NCBI GenBank assembly: GCA_951406725.2
Contig: OX597823.1
Span: 98,146,001 to 98,210,000 of the forward strand
From: Octopus vulgaris
Lineage: Eukaryota
Length of the DNA stretch: 64,000 bases
Reading direction: 5' to 3'
Shown: piece by piece, positions 13,015-26,079 of the stretch
Layout of the letters: each line of letters starts with the position of its first letter
Position numbering within the stretch: position 1 is the stretch's first letter
Notes under the pieces: generated by a model
Seen by the model: only the letters and a program-made list of their open reading frames with translations
Told to the model about the DNA's origin: nothing
The model's database searches: none
Position numbers and translations under genes: made by a program

Positions 13015-14372
13015 GTATGGGCACTGGAATGTTCTTTGGATCTGGTGGAAGCCCTATGACTGGAATGTCACCACAGATGACACCATGGCTCACAAGTGCC
13101 ACACCTGGTTATATCGGCTCTTGGTCCCCTGGTATTGGAAGTGGAATGACACCTGGTGGTGCTGGCTTTTCACCATCAGCTGCAAGTGAAAGTGGTTGCA
13201 GTCCCGGCTACAATGCATACTGGTCTCCCCTCAGTGGATCTCCGTCATCTCCAGGCAGTGCTTACATTCCGAGCCCTGGTGGCGCACTGTCTCCAAGTTA
13301 TTCACCTAAATCTCCTGTTTATGTACCCGTGTCACCAGCTATGACACCACACAGCCCAAGCTATTCTCCATCAAGTACATCATATTCCCCTGCAAGTCCT
13401 GCTTATTCTCCATCTTCACCAAGCTATAGCCCAACATCACCATCTTACTCACCTACCAGTCCTTCTTATAGCCCAACTTCACCCTCTTATTCTCCAACCA
13501 GCCCCTCCTACTCCCCAACTAGCCCATCATACTCCCCTACCAGTCCTAGTTATAGTCCTACTTCCCCCTCATATTCTCCAACAAGTCCTAGTTACAGCCC
13601 CACATCTCCTTCTTACTCTCCAACCAGCCCAAGCTATAGCCCCACTTCTCCTTCTTACTCTCCAACCAGTCCTTCTTATTCCCCAACAAGTCCATCTTAT
13701 TCTCCGACTAGCCCTAGTTACAGTCCAGCAAGCCCCAGTTACTCGCCTTCCTCTCCTAATTACAGTGCTACCAGCCCTTCATATTCTCCAACCAGCCCAT
13801 CTTACTCTCCTACTAGTCCTTCATACTCTCCCACCAGCCCCAACTATAGTCCTAGCTCTCCTAGCTACAGTCCTAGCAGTCCAAGTTACTCCCCCAGCAG
13901 TCCAAAATACAGCCCTACATCCCCTTCTTACTCTCCTACATCACCATCTTACTCTCCAACTTCTCCTTCTTACTCTCCTACTTCTCCTCAGTATTCTCCT
14001 TCTTCTCCAAAATATTCTCCTACAAGCCCTGCATACTCTCCCAGCAGTCCAAAATACACACCCACATCAACTTATTCTCCTGCTTCACCAAAATACAGCC
14101 CTACTTCTCCTGAGTACAGCCCAACGTCCCCTCAGTATAGTTTAACTTCTCCTAGATATTCTCCAACCAGTCCTACTTTCAGCCCAACTAGCCCCAAATA
14201 TTCTCCGACCAGTCCAACATCAAGTCCCAAATACTCTCCTACCAGCCCTACATACAGCCCCACAAGTCCTAAATATTCTCCAACTAGTCCCACATATTCT
14301 CCTAGTTCACCCAAACCTTCCCCAGCCAGTCCGATTTACAGCCCAACTGATGACGATGATAAAGAGACATAA
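13015..14372 (+). CDS. RPB1: RPB1 terminal coding exon: linker plus CTD heptad repeats
   Basis: gcag|GT ATG; about 50 YSPTSPS-type heptads from 13299, acidic tail DDDDKET, TAA stop at 14370-14372. Confidence 0.98.
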
Positions 14373-14543
14373 GCTTCTGGAGAATTAGGACCAACACACA
14401 CTACAGAAACTATACATATGTACTTATACACAAAACTAAACATTCATCATTATAACACACTGATACACACACACACACACACACACACACCTGCTCCAAT
14501 TAATCATTGATACAATTCGTTTGTATATACATATATATTTGTA

Positions 14544-14549
14544 AATAAA
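14544..14549 (+). terminator. candidate RPB1 polyadenylation signal AATAAA
   Basis: first AATAAA after the stop codon; AT-rich context makes a chance match plausible. Confidence 0.3.
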
Positions 14550-15172
14550 TTACCATGCTGCCTTTTATGTAGGCTGGGTTTTATATTTATCTATTGATAT
14601 TAATCAATGAATACACACAAACAGTTGCCAAGATTTTTTTTATAGTTTTTATTTTAAATAATTATCAGGAATTAGAAAAACTGAAATGGTAAAAAAAAAA
14701 TTCAAAGGAATTGTTTTTGAAATATTCCAGAGTGTTTGTAAATGTTAACTTCTAAATAATATTGTAGTTGAAAAAAATAATTCACTTTTGACAAGATTCT
14801 TATATCTTTTACATTTGAAAATTTCATGGGAATACAGTGCTAGTTTGACTGAGATTTACTAAAAAACACTATTCCAAAACAAGCAGAAAAAATTTGTTTC
14901 CAGGATTTTATTTTTCGTTTTCCTCCAGCTTATTTCCAGTCTGCTAAGCCGAAAGTTGATACCACACTTGCACTTCAAAGTGGGGCAGTATTAACAAAGA
15001 ACACCTAGCTACAGAAATATATATATATATATAAATTAGAAAAAAACCCACCTTTTATCAATTCAAAATGAAAAATTAAATTACACCATCTAGAAAATTA
15101 CATATAGAAATATTAAATATAAGATAAAAAATATAACGATGATTAAGTAATGTGCAAAATAATAAATAAAAC

Positions 15173-15214
<42 letters not shown>

Positions 15215-15315
15215 AAATTCATTTGTAAATTTCCAAATGCTATCTCCCATAAACTGCATGTAAAAGTATGCTTTTGTATTGTATTTAAGAAAATGCAAGT
15301 GTGTCTGTTGATGTA

Positions 15316-15365
<50 letters not shown>

Positions 15366-16381
15366 CACACACACACATATAGAGAGAACAAACTTAGCAT
15401 ATTTTTTATCAAAATGTTGGTGGGTAGTAGTAGAATCAGAAGAGCACTGGACAAAATATGTCCTTTCAGGTTGATTTATCCTAATATTTGGCTGAATTTT
15501 ATCAACTATACTCATCTGGTTATGTGCTTGTTAAAAATTATTAAAAATGAAACTATTATTATTATTATTATATAGGACAGTGGGGTGGGCAAAATCTGTA
15601 GAGCATTGGTTGACATCCTGCCAAGGTCATCCATTTTTCCTTGAATTTTTATGAAGTACTGATCAAGTACTGGGGTTGATTTAGTTGATTAACCCTTTCT
15701 GACCTTATGTCTTTGATAAGAATTTATTTATTACATATTATTTTAACCTCTGGTAATAAACAAGAAATTCGTTTTGAATTCCAATTGAAACAATTTCACT
15801 TGTACTGCTAATTCTTTTGAGAAAGGCATGAACATCACAGTATCTTAATGTTTTTTTTGTCTCTTTCAAACATAATAATGGAGGCCTTGTGTCTGTTCAA
15901 AATAGAAAACTAAAATAAGAATGATATTTGGACAAGTCCTACCATCTTATATTTGTTGGTAAATCTAATAAAAACTTGTACATAACTGACAACAAAACAT
16001 TAATTTTGAGACTCCTTCATAATATATCTCATTACTATTTTTGTTTTTTCAAGCTTACATTTTTTGGGACATTTGTTTCTTTGTTAATTACTTTTTGTCC
16101 CTTCTTTCCTTACTAATCCTGTTAACATACTCCCCACCCGTTTTACTTCCTCTTGCATATGGGCCTTGTGGTTTGTCTTTAGCTGGTTGTCAATATCTTC
16201 CCCAACCCATTATTTTTCTGGTAGACCAATAATGATTTTTTTTGTATATATTTGAAATAAAAAAATTTAAATAAATTATTTGGCTGGACTTCAGATTTAT
16301 TGTGTTGATATTTAATCACTTGAAAGCATTTGCTGTCATTGTTGATCTTAAGGTTCTTTTTAAACCCAATAAGATTTTCTA

Positions 16382-17369
16382 GACTGTGTGACGCATGTGT
16401 ATGAACAGCCGTGAAACATGGGCCTGTGACTGGTGAGGATATGTGTAAGCTCGCAAGGAATGAAGCCAGTATGATCCTATGGATGTGTAATGTCAGTGTG
16501 CATACTCGACAGAGTGTAAGTACCTTGAGAGAAATGTTGGACCTAAGAAACATCAGATGTGGTGTTCAAGAGAGATGACTGCACTAGTATGGTCATGTGG
16601 CGAGAATGGATGAGGACAGCTGTGTGAAAAAGTGCCACACCCTAGCAGTTGAGGGAACCTGTGGAAGAGGTAGACCCAGGAAGACCTGGGTTGAAGTGGT
16701 GAAGCACGACCTTCGAACTTAGGGCCTCACCGAGGAAATGACTAGAGACTGAGACTTTTGGAAATATGCCGTGCGTGAGAAGACCCGGCAAGCCAAATGA
16801 GACCATAATCTCGTGGCCTATACCAAGGGCGTTACCAGCCCACTTATGCGTACCTTTTCCTTCTTTGGACACTAAAACTCTGCTTGCGAAGACCTGTTGA
16901 GACAAGTGAAATCAAAAATCAAATTCGATGACTGGCGTCTGTGCTAGCGGGGTGCAAAGAGCACCATACGAGTGTGATCATTGACAGAGCGGCTAGCCGG
17001 CTTCTGTGCCAGTGACACTTAAAAGGCACCATTCGAGCGTGATCATTACCAGCGTCACCTTACTGGTGCTTGAGCCCTGTGCTAGTAGGGTATTAGGAGC
17101 ACCATCTGAGCATGATCGTTGCCAGAGCGGCTATCTGGCCTCCGTGCAGGTGGCATGTAAAAGACACCATTCGAGCATGGCCGTTGTCAGTACCGCCTGA
17201 CTGGTCCCGTGCTGGTGGCACGTAAAAGCACCCACTACACTCTCAGAGTGGTTGGCGTTAGGAAAGGCATCCAGCTGTAGAAACTCTGCCAGATCAAGAC
17301 TGAAGCCTGGTGCAGCCCTCAGTCATTTGTCTAACCCATGCTAGCATGAAAAGCGGACGTTGAATGATG
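16382..17369 (+). mobile_element. RTE-clade LINE 3' portion with tandemly repeated 3' UTR
   Basis: degenerate RNEASM..WMCNV, YGHVARMDEDSCVKKC, GTCGRGRPRKTW; 3' UTR repeats and ggcgttaggaaaggcatccag tail. Confidence 0.88.
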
Positions 17370-17816
17370 TTAGCAAATACCCAACCTTGATAAAAAATGT
17401 ATCCTACACCTATGCATACAGACAATGTGCTTTTGTTGATTACATCACAAAAGAAGTAAAGGAAGTGCCCTAAAACGTTTCAACTAACGAGTGGTTTTTC
17501 AAACTGAAAATGTATGATATGTGAAATTTTCTTGGCTTCCACATTTTATTAATGAGATGGCAAAATAAATTGCATCTATATAATTCTTTCTTCACCATAC
17601 TTTTCCATACTTGCATGAAGGGGGAAATAATTTGTCGAGGTGGATTTTGTATGGTCAGAAGCCCTTGTTGCCAAGCAAGATGACAGTTTTCCATGACCAG
17701 AGAAGTTTTCATAGATTTGAAATGGACACTGCTTACATGATGGAAAAAAACTTGTTTAAAACGTATCGTGTGGTCAAGGCAAGGAGACAGTAATGCACAT
17801 GAACAGGACAAGCTCT

Positions 17817-17940
17817 TTCCTTCTACCGAATCCACTCACTAGACTTAGGTTGGCCCGAGGTTATAGCAGAAGACATTTGCCCAAAGTGCTACACAGTGTG
17901 CTTGGAAAGCAAACTTCTTGCAACAGCCACACCTGTACCT
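17817..17940 (-). mobile_element. SINE family B 5' fragment
   Basis: reverse complement of the family B head and core (aatccactcac...gaagacatttgccc...acagccacacctg). Confidence 0.65.
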
Positions 17941-19168
17941 ATTCTAATATGAATATTAAAAGGTAAAAGGATATTTTTATGCGTTTATGAACACTTGAGG
18001 TTTAAGTATACATTAAGCACATTTGTGTTTCAACACTACAAATTTGATGAATCAGTGATGGAGCTTAAAATAGCAACCAAATCTTTACTGTTCTGGAAAA
18101 GGGCTAAACACAAATCATCATTTTAATGGCCACTTTTCCATGCTTGCATGGGTGGTTGGATAGAGTTCATCAAGGCAGATTTTTTTGTGGTTGGATGCCT
18201 CCTTTTTCTATCACCAGCCTTCATCCGTTTCTAAGCAAGGTGATATTTCTCCATAATTGGATGTTTCCACAGCAGATTGGAAATGATTTCTATCATTTGT
18301 ATAGATGGTGACTAGGTTTACTATCACATGATGTTGAGACAAGGTGACAAACGCATTTATGTACACAACAGGTCTCACTGTGGTACCTGGACCAAGTGTC
18401 TTCTACAATACCATGGTTTTATGAATATATTTGGTTGAAGGAAACTGTATGAGTGTGCATCTTTGTGTTTGTCTCTTGGTACTTGATTAACGATTTGTGG
18501 CCCAAAAAAGATTGATTGAAAATTGCAAACCCAAAAATAGTACTGGAGACGATTTGCGATCATCTAAACTCTTCTGAGTGGTGTTCCAGTATGGCTGCCG
18601 CCCAGTAAGTGAAAGAATAAAATGTGCTGTATATTTTTGAAATTTAGTGTAAGAATTCCGACCAATATTTTGTTGTGGAACGTCTTTGATATGAGGCAAA
18701 TCTTAATTAAAAGATAAGTTAAATTATAGTTTTTCAAAAATATCAATATTATTTAGCTTGTAACGATATGTGTTCGAGTGTTACACTTTAACCAACGTAA
18801 AGCTAAGGAGAGGAAAAATCAGACAATCGAAATATTTAATATTGTAAATGTGAATGAAGATGTGTAGATTTATGCATTAAAATAGCAGTTATTAAACAGA
18901 ACTTCCGAGGGTTCTGTGAGTCATTGATATGTTTAGCGGTATACATTCAACCAGTTAACATTCCAGATATGGACATGCTGCTTGGAAGTTCACCTCACTA
19001 TTACATAGCTTCCGATTCAGTCCCATTATTGGATGTCTTTAGCGTCTTCTATCATAGTCCCAAGTTGAGAAGAGCAAATGATGCGAGAGAAAGTTGAAAG
19101 AACGTCTTCTAACGGTCTAATCGACAGACAATACTTCGGCTACAAACCATCTCCTGTGTGTTTCTAAA

Positions 19169-20200
19169 CTATCCATTCATTTTTTTTTTTTAACAAAACT
19201 GTATAAAATTATTTTACTTTTTACAGTTTATGTAGAATTTTTTTTCTTCTTCGAATAATACAGGCGTTATATATCTTTCTACAATTGGAATAATTTTAAT
19301 GCGCAATTAATTCAAATGATTAAAAATTGTCGGCAAAATAAGTTTAATACCGTAGGAATTCTTCAGTTGGACGGCATCTTACATAAATCTTTCCGTCTGA
19401 TCTAAAGATGCAGAAGCGGGATTCGTCGCTCCAAAGTACTTTCGACCCGTCTTCAGCCGTCCATTCAATTTAGCTTTTAGTAAACTTGATCCGCTTACGC
19501 CGGTTCGTCTCAGAAATTGTCAGTTTCTTTCGAGCGATCCAGCCGAACAGTCCAAATTCTTTAGACGGTTTCAGACCAGTTTGTGGTGTAAATCTGATGT
19601 CAGTTTCATCAGATAGTTGCTTGCAAATATCCACTGCTGTTAGCATTTGGTTACCTTCAGAGAGCATATGAATTCGCCGATCCATCTGTACTGTTGTATT
19701 TCTCGGAGCGCCCGCTCTTTGCCGATCTTTGTATTTTTCAGTTGCTTGGTAAAGATTCCATGCTTGAACACAAGCCGTTTTGCTGCATCCAAATTGGTTG
19801 CTAGTGTTCATGAAAGACACACTTTGCTGATGAAGCAACACGATCTTTGATCTAGTAACTGGGCTGACACTACGACGCTTTCCCAGAGTGAATTAATGTG
19901 TAACAATGCTCGATTATTAAACAAAACAGTGCAGTACGACCAGCCATTTGGTTTATTAATTTGCATAATCTTAGTACGGTCCTTAAACTTATTTTGCCAA
20001 CAATCTTTAATCATTTGAATTAATTGTGCGTTAAAATTATTCGAATTGTAGAAAGATATATAACGCCTGTATTATTCGAAGAAGAAAAAAAATTCTACAT
20101 AAACTGTAAGAAGTAAAATAATTTTATACAGTTTTGTTAAAAATATATTTATGAAGGAATAGAACTGTCTTTATCGGCCTTAAACTTATTTTGGCCAGTG
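19169..20200 (-). mobile_element. internally deleted Tc1-like transposon with long IR/DR ends
   Basis: inverted repeats 19191-19347 and 19983-20140; right end ...ccagtg with duplicated ccttaaacttattttg(g)cc; transposase remnant with HTH region and W-T..D.SKVLWSDES (first catalytic D), rest deleted. Confidence 0.9.
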
Positions 20201-20235
20201 TTTATTTTAAAATAACCTCAAACTAAATAAGTTCG

Positions 20236-20965
20236 TCATTTCTTTACACTTTCTGTAATAGATATATACTTCTTTTCAAGTGATGTAAAATTTTGTCCAA
20301 GTCGAGAAAGAGTTCTGAGTAAGAAAGCGTCAAATTTATTATACTGTGAAAAGACACTTAAACTTGTAGTTACAGAAGCATCCCTCTCAGTATGTAGTGG
20401 AACTTCTGGTCGAATTGATGATGCAGAGGTATTAACTACTGAAGTTTGAATTAGATGGATAGCATGCAATGTTTGAAGTGGAAAAGTACAGTTTAGTTGG
20501 GGTTGAATTCAATCTTGGAAAAGAAATACCCGTGGTCGTAGTTGTTTAGCATTGATAGAAGTCGGATACTCAACGAGGGCTTTCAATCTTTTCAGATCAG
20601 GTTGCGGAAAATAATTTTCTGTTTTGTATCCTAGGTTACAAATGGATGTTTGGTAGAGCAGATATTTGCCATTGTTCAATGTAATGTTGAGTCTTAGCAA
20701 CTGAAATAAATTAAGTCAAGTTCTCATCGTACTCCACAATAGCCTTTCCAATGATAATAACACTAAGACAAGCATGATCTTCTTTGATATCATTGTCTTT
20801 TATTATCTCAATAATCACTCTTTAGAAAACACTTACAGCATTGGTCACACCAGAAGAAACCTTGTAAATTGGGACAAACGTATATCAGCTTGAAATGCTG
20901 CGTGTCTTCGAAATATAGAATCATTTGATGGTATGCTGTTTTTAGGTCCAGTTTCGCACCTTGAA
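20236..20965 (-). pseudogene. decayed Ty3/Gypsy pol fragment (RT and RNase H)
   Basis: KLDLKTAYHQ, NLGY...PDLKRLKAL and DAS motifs spread over shifted frames. Confidence 0.7.
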
Positions 20966-21316
20966 GGCCGTAGCAGTTTATAAAGGAGTTGCTGTTACTG
21001 TGCTTGGCTTGGAGAGACGAAGAGTACATCATCGCTGTCGTTGTCGTCACCGCTGCCGCAGCCGCCAACTCCGCCACCACTACCACCACCACCACCACCA
21101 CCACCACCATCGTCATCATGAAGAAGAAGAAGGAGAAATCTTTTAACTTCCTTTTAAATAAACTTTTCATCAAGTGGAGCGGAAATTCTGTAGCACTTGG
21201 TTTCAAATCATTGTAAAATACGTGGAATGAGGCACCAACAGTTGAGTATCAGAAAGGATTAGTTTAAGAAATTCACATCTGGAAATTTTCAAGAAACACA
21301 AGTTAAGGAAAACATT

Positions 21317-21896
21317 TGTAGTGATCCTATATAACGGTGCGCGCTCGCGCACCGTCCATTTCTGTTTCGCGCGTGCGGGGTTGGTGCTTTCACCACCGGA
21401 AGAAGGACCATTTGCCTACGTGGCAGTTTAGCCGCGAGGCAAGGGGAGCGTAGGACGTTGACCACCAGCGTCCAGTAGGCAGTGACTTGAGACACAGCTA
21501 TCGAAGGTACAAGACGTGTGGTTTTCTCTCTGTCCGGATTTGATAGCAGCAGTCAGACTTTTCATAGAAGAAGACGCTTATTATCTTCGTTTCCCCCTGA
21601 CATTTGTTGCCGACCACATCATCTTCTCCCTAATCGGACGCCATCTTGACCAGTGTCGTTTGCATTTGAACACTGTAAATTCTACAGCGATAAAGTTCAG
21701 CTCTGACACATACATACCAAAGGGATACCAGATACACCACTTATTTGTTACTGTCATAAGAGAATAAAGTAGATATATATTTTTTACGTCTGCGTCTTGT
21801 TGTTTCTGACTGGTAGAATCTGGATATTAAAGCAACGGAAAGTGATTGCACCAACTGCACCCAAAAAGTGCAGAGAAGCCGTTCACTTTCGTTACA
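21317..21896 (+). mobile_element. solo LTR (580 bp)
   Basis: TGTA...TACA termini, 4-bp TSD catt (21313-21316 and 21897-21900), internal AATAAA near 21763, CpG-rich. Confidence 0.85.
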
Positions 21897-23189
21897 CATT
21901 TAAATGTATACTTTCGTAAAACTGAAGCAATCAGGCCAAATCAAAGACCTTGCTAAGCCTCTGCATTTCTCTGAGTAGCTTTCTGACAACAAGTTTGCAA
22001 GACTGTTCCAAATTCAATGAATAGTTCTTGAGGATTCTTTGTCGAATGCAGCTAGAAGGGGTCCCGGAAATGAATGAATTTCTTATGTTTTTCTCTCGGC
22101 ATATATAGGTAGTTAGAAACTAAAATTTGTTGTGTTCGGTGATGATGCGTAGAAATGTAACATAACTTTGAAAGGTAATTAAGATACACTTGGTTGCTAT
22201 AAAGATCTGCAAAACAATGTAACTCTCTGTTTAAGATAATCTCTACAATATTGTAGTTGAAGAACTCTGCAATATGGTTGAAGATTAAAGCTGAGATGGA
22301 ATTAGTACGTAGAGTGAGTCTTTGTTATTCAGTTTAGTCAAAATTTCGGAATGTAGTTTTCCAGTGTAGTCACTTCTTGCCTCTGTCTGATGAAGTGTTA
22401 TCAATGAAATGTAGTCGAAAACATTTTTCCATTATTGTTACTGGTGTAACAGGTAATGCACATTTATTCCAGTAACAATGGTAAGTATAAGTCAAAGAGA
22501 ATTTGTTGATATCAATGAATTTTAATGACTCTCAGGAGAGGTAAGATCTGACGTTTCAGTCCAAGATACTTTGATGTCGATATCTGTCGAAGAACATTAA
22601 TTCAAAACAGGATTTTCCCAATCCTATCAGTTACAAATTGGCAAAGTCATTAGAATGTTGGACGTAACGCCTTGGGATATTTCTTCAGGCTCATTGCGTT
22701 TTGAGATCAAACCCTGTCAAAGTCAATATAGTCACATTTTCCAGAGTCGATAAATAAAGCGCCAGTCATGGAGGCTGGACTGTCAGAAACGTTAGAGCGT
22801 CGGGTAAGAAGCTTGCCTTTTGCAGTGTTCATTTCGTTTCCATGTGCTCTATTCAAATTTCGCAAAGGCCTGTTTCGGTGGTAGGCTTAATCAGTCGACC
22901 GATTTAACATCCGGTCCTTGGGTACCTTAGCGGACTCACTTTGCTGCAATTATATTCGAACCAGACCACTCAAGGCCCTGAAAATATCACGAGCACTGCA
23001 ATTCCTGCTTCATTTGGCTGACTAAACTAAATCCAGTAGTTATTTACACGTGCGGTTTTATCGGTTTCTTTTTGTCGAACAGCGTGTGCGGAAAGACATT
23101 CACCCACCTCATATAGAAAATCAAATACAACCAATCCCCCCAAAAATAACAATGAAGATTCAAGGGACATTCATATTATTAAGTAGGCG

Positions 23190-23300
23190 CTCAAAGAAGG
23201 AAAAAATGTTATCGTGTAAAAGTGTATTGTTTCGGACATATTCCTTCATCGAATACTAGAGGGAAGTCCAGGAAGAGACAAAGAAAACAGGAAAGGAGAT

Positions 23301-23350
<50 letters not shown>

Positions 23351-23513
23351 TGATAAAAAAAACGTGGAACACAATGAGAAACGAAAACATGAAAACAAAA
23401 ACATAGAAATGAACTTTTTTTCAAACAACGAAAAAAAACAGAGTACAGGACATACAACACAAGGAATATTCCCCCTTCTTCAGTTGTATCTGTTTCATCT
23501 ACTCCGCGTATAA

Positions 23514-23545
<32 letters not shown>

Positions 23546-23720
23546 ATCCATATGTAGTTCAAATTTACAAAAAACGAAGACAGGTGAAGGAACAACAAGC
23601 AGGTGTATTAGTTTAACGCTCGGGAAGAATGGAAAAGTATTTGACGTTTCGAGCCTACGCTCTTCGACAGAAAGGATTAAGAGGGGGAAAAAAGAGAGAG
23701 GGAAAATGTGTAGGGATTAA
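23190..23720 (-). mobile_element. Penelope-like terminal fragments between microsatellites
   Basis: 23350-23510 resembles the 875-bp tandem unit (ccccttcttcagt...tttcatctactc); 23555-23700 resembles 62560-62700 including a degenerate hammerhead. Confidence 0.55.
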
Positions 23721-23979
23721 CGATTCAACATGATAAAATGGCTGGAAAATATTATATATTGTTATATCTAGGGATGGTCATATTTTTGTCAATTAACCAC
23801 ACGCACTATATACTTGGTCTTCACTTCAGCTTCTTATTTTAGTGTCCTTTGTCTGAAATCTTTCGTCACACATCTTCTGTAACCTCATCAACTGCTCTCC
23901 ATCCTACGTGTCTCCTCCTGTTCTCTTTAGTTCATTTTGTCTTTCTGAAAGACAGAATGTGACGAAAGATGTCAAAGGA

Positions 23980-24419
23980 CGGCATTTCCCAATCCAAACA
24001 GATCAGGTGTTGGAACATAACAGAGCGGACCTAGTGGTGGTGGACAAGGTGCACCACATATGCTGCATGGCTGATGTTGTATGCCCCTTCGACCCAGGAA
24101 TAGTCAAGTGGGAAGGCGGAAAGATAGATAAATATAACCCCTTAAGTACGAAATAGCCCGGCTATGGAAAATGGAGAAGGTGACGATAGAGCTAATTATT
24201 GTTGGGTCCTTGAGAAAAGTATCAGATTTCAAGATAAAGGAAGTTGGAATAGAATGCCAAGGAAAACTGCTACAAAAGGTTTGCTATCTTGGCATGGCCA
24301 GAATAACCAGGAAAGTAGTAAATAGCTGGAAAAAAAGGACAAAAAAACGGATAGGATCTTACCGTAAGCCCGCTACACATGCAAGACTCCAGGAGCTCCA
24401 AAAACCTGTGATAAAGAGA

Positions 24420-24462
<43 letters not shown>
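23980..24462 (+). mobile_element. 3' end of a restriction-like-endonuclease non-LTR element (R4/Dong-like) ending in (AAT)n
   Basis: FPIQTDQVLEHNRADLVVVDK...DVVCPFD...KIDKYNPL, then IIVGSL and LQKVCYLGMARITRKV; followed by 14 AAT units. Confidence 0.8.
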
Positions 24463-24464
<2 letters not shown>

Positions 24465-26079
24465 GCTGAAGTGAAGACCAAATATATAGTGCCCCAAATA
24501 TATCAATATCTGTTTCAATACACGCTTTCGCATCAGGAATCTTGCAAAATAAATACACAAGCATGTGTGTGTATACACACACACACACACACACACATAT
24601 AATACATATGAAAGAAGTTGAAAACATGGGAATTCGAAGAAATTTTTTGAGGTTAAAAAAACAAAAAGGGCTCTCCTATTCTACTGTTTAGAATTAAGCA
24701 AGTAATTTCATTGTTTAGTGGATTATTTAAATTTTATTTTATCACTTAGAGGAATTGCCATTTATTATAATTTATCAATTAACTCTTTCAAGCCTGAATT
24801 ATTTCTTTATTCAGAAAAAAAAAAAGGAAAAAAGCTTTTATGGTTTAACGTAGCTCGTGTAGTGAATTGATCCTAACAAAGTAACATAACCACAAGCAAA
24901 ATCGTACATTGAGGTCAGAATTTTGTAAAATTACCATTTCAAGAGTAACTTTAATAACTTTTTACATGATATACCAAACTGCAAGTGATGTGGAATATGA
25001 CTTCTTAGAAATCTTTATTACAGATGGCGCTGTTCAACATGTCTTCAACATTCAGTATTATTCTGATCATAAACCTGATGAAGATGAGGAATATGACAGC
25101 TTCGTGTTTCTGCCATACACATTATTTTCCAGTTGTCTGATTTAAACTCACTGTCGCATCAGGTACTTAAACGTTCATAAGTGATATTATAGATCTGAAT
25201 GGGTTAAAAATTTTCATTTTTTCAGGATAATAAAATTAAATGAATTGTCGACTGTCCGCCGAGACTGAAAAAATGTTTTCTTTTATTTCAAAAACTGAGT
25301 TAATAAGATTATGAGACAAACCGACAAACTGACAATATATGGAAAGCAACAAGCAATGGTAATTCTTTTTCAACCGAAATCGAGAAATCGACAGAAAACA
25401 AGTGATGCTAATTTTTTTGCCCCATATAACATTGCTGACATTGTTATATGGTGCAGAGACGTGGGGGCTGAGAGAAGCGGAAAGGAGGCGACCAGAAGTG
25501 GTAGACAGACCTCGGTTTGTGTGGATGGATGGAGTGAGGAAAGCTTTGGTGGTTAGAGGTGTTGGAGTGTGAGAGCAAGAGAGTTTATAAATGATAGGAA
25601 AGCTTGGAGAGTGTTTGGAGATGGATGATTGAATTTGATGTTGCTCAATGTGATACAGAACCAGCACAAGCTGTCGGGCCCCATTGCTGATATTGGGGGT
25701 TGCGTTCAATGCCTTGACCCGAGCATAGAACGGGACTCGCCTCTTTGAGCTGGGAAATGACTGGAATGCCTAGTGTATATCTTGTTGCGGCTACCTCTTC
25801 ATAAAAAAAAGGGGAATAGGCCTGGGTACATAGATATAAATCTTTGTTTTGAGAGAAGGCAAACAAAGGCTCTGTGACAATAGCAACCGGCTTTCAAGAA
25901 TCAAGAAATTATCCGGAATTGACATGCCATTAAGAGGACAGGTTTGGACTCACGTTTCTGTGTGAAACTCTGTCATTAGTAGAGGAATTGTTCTATCACA
26001 ACTCCAATAGACACACGTTGCCAATTATGTTGAACCATACTCTTTAAAAAAGTTGAAGAACATAAAGGAAAGTTATGTA

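Noticed and set aside
13156-14314. Alternative-frame and antisense ORFs over the CTD exon
   Set aside because: Shadow frames of the heptad repeat
20961-21216. Poly-His / poly-Thr / poly-Val ORFs
   Set aside because: Trinucleotide (CAC/CGC/GAA) simple repeat without splice or domain support
22384-22420. CTGATGA...GAAA...GTC spacing
   Set aside because: Stems I, II and III do not pair; expected by chance
23222-23258. Hammerhead-like UCGAUGA-A-gga/ucc-GAAAC on the minus strand
   Set aside because: Core is altered and stems I and III are unsupported; at most a decayed relic
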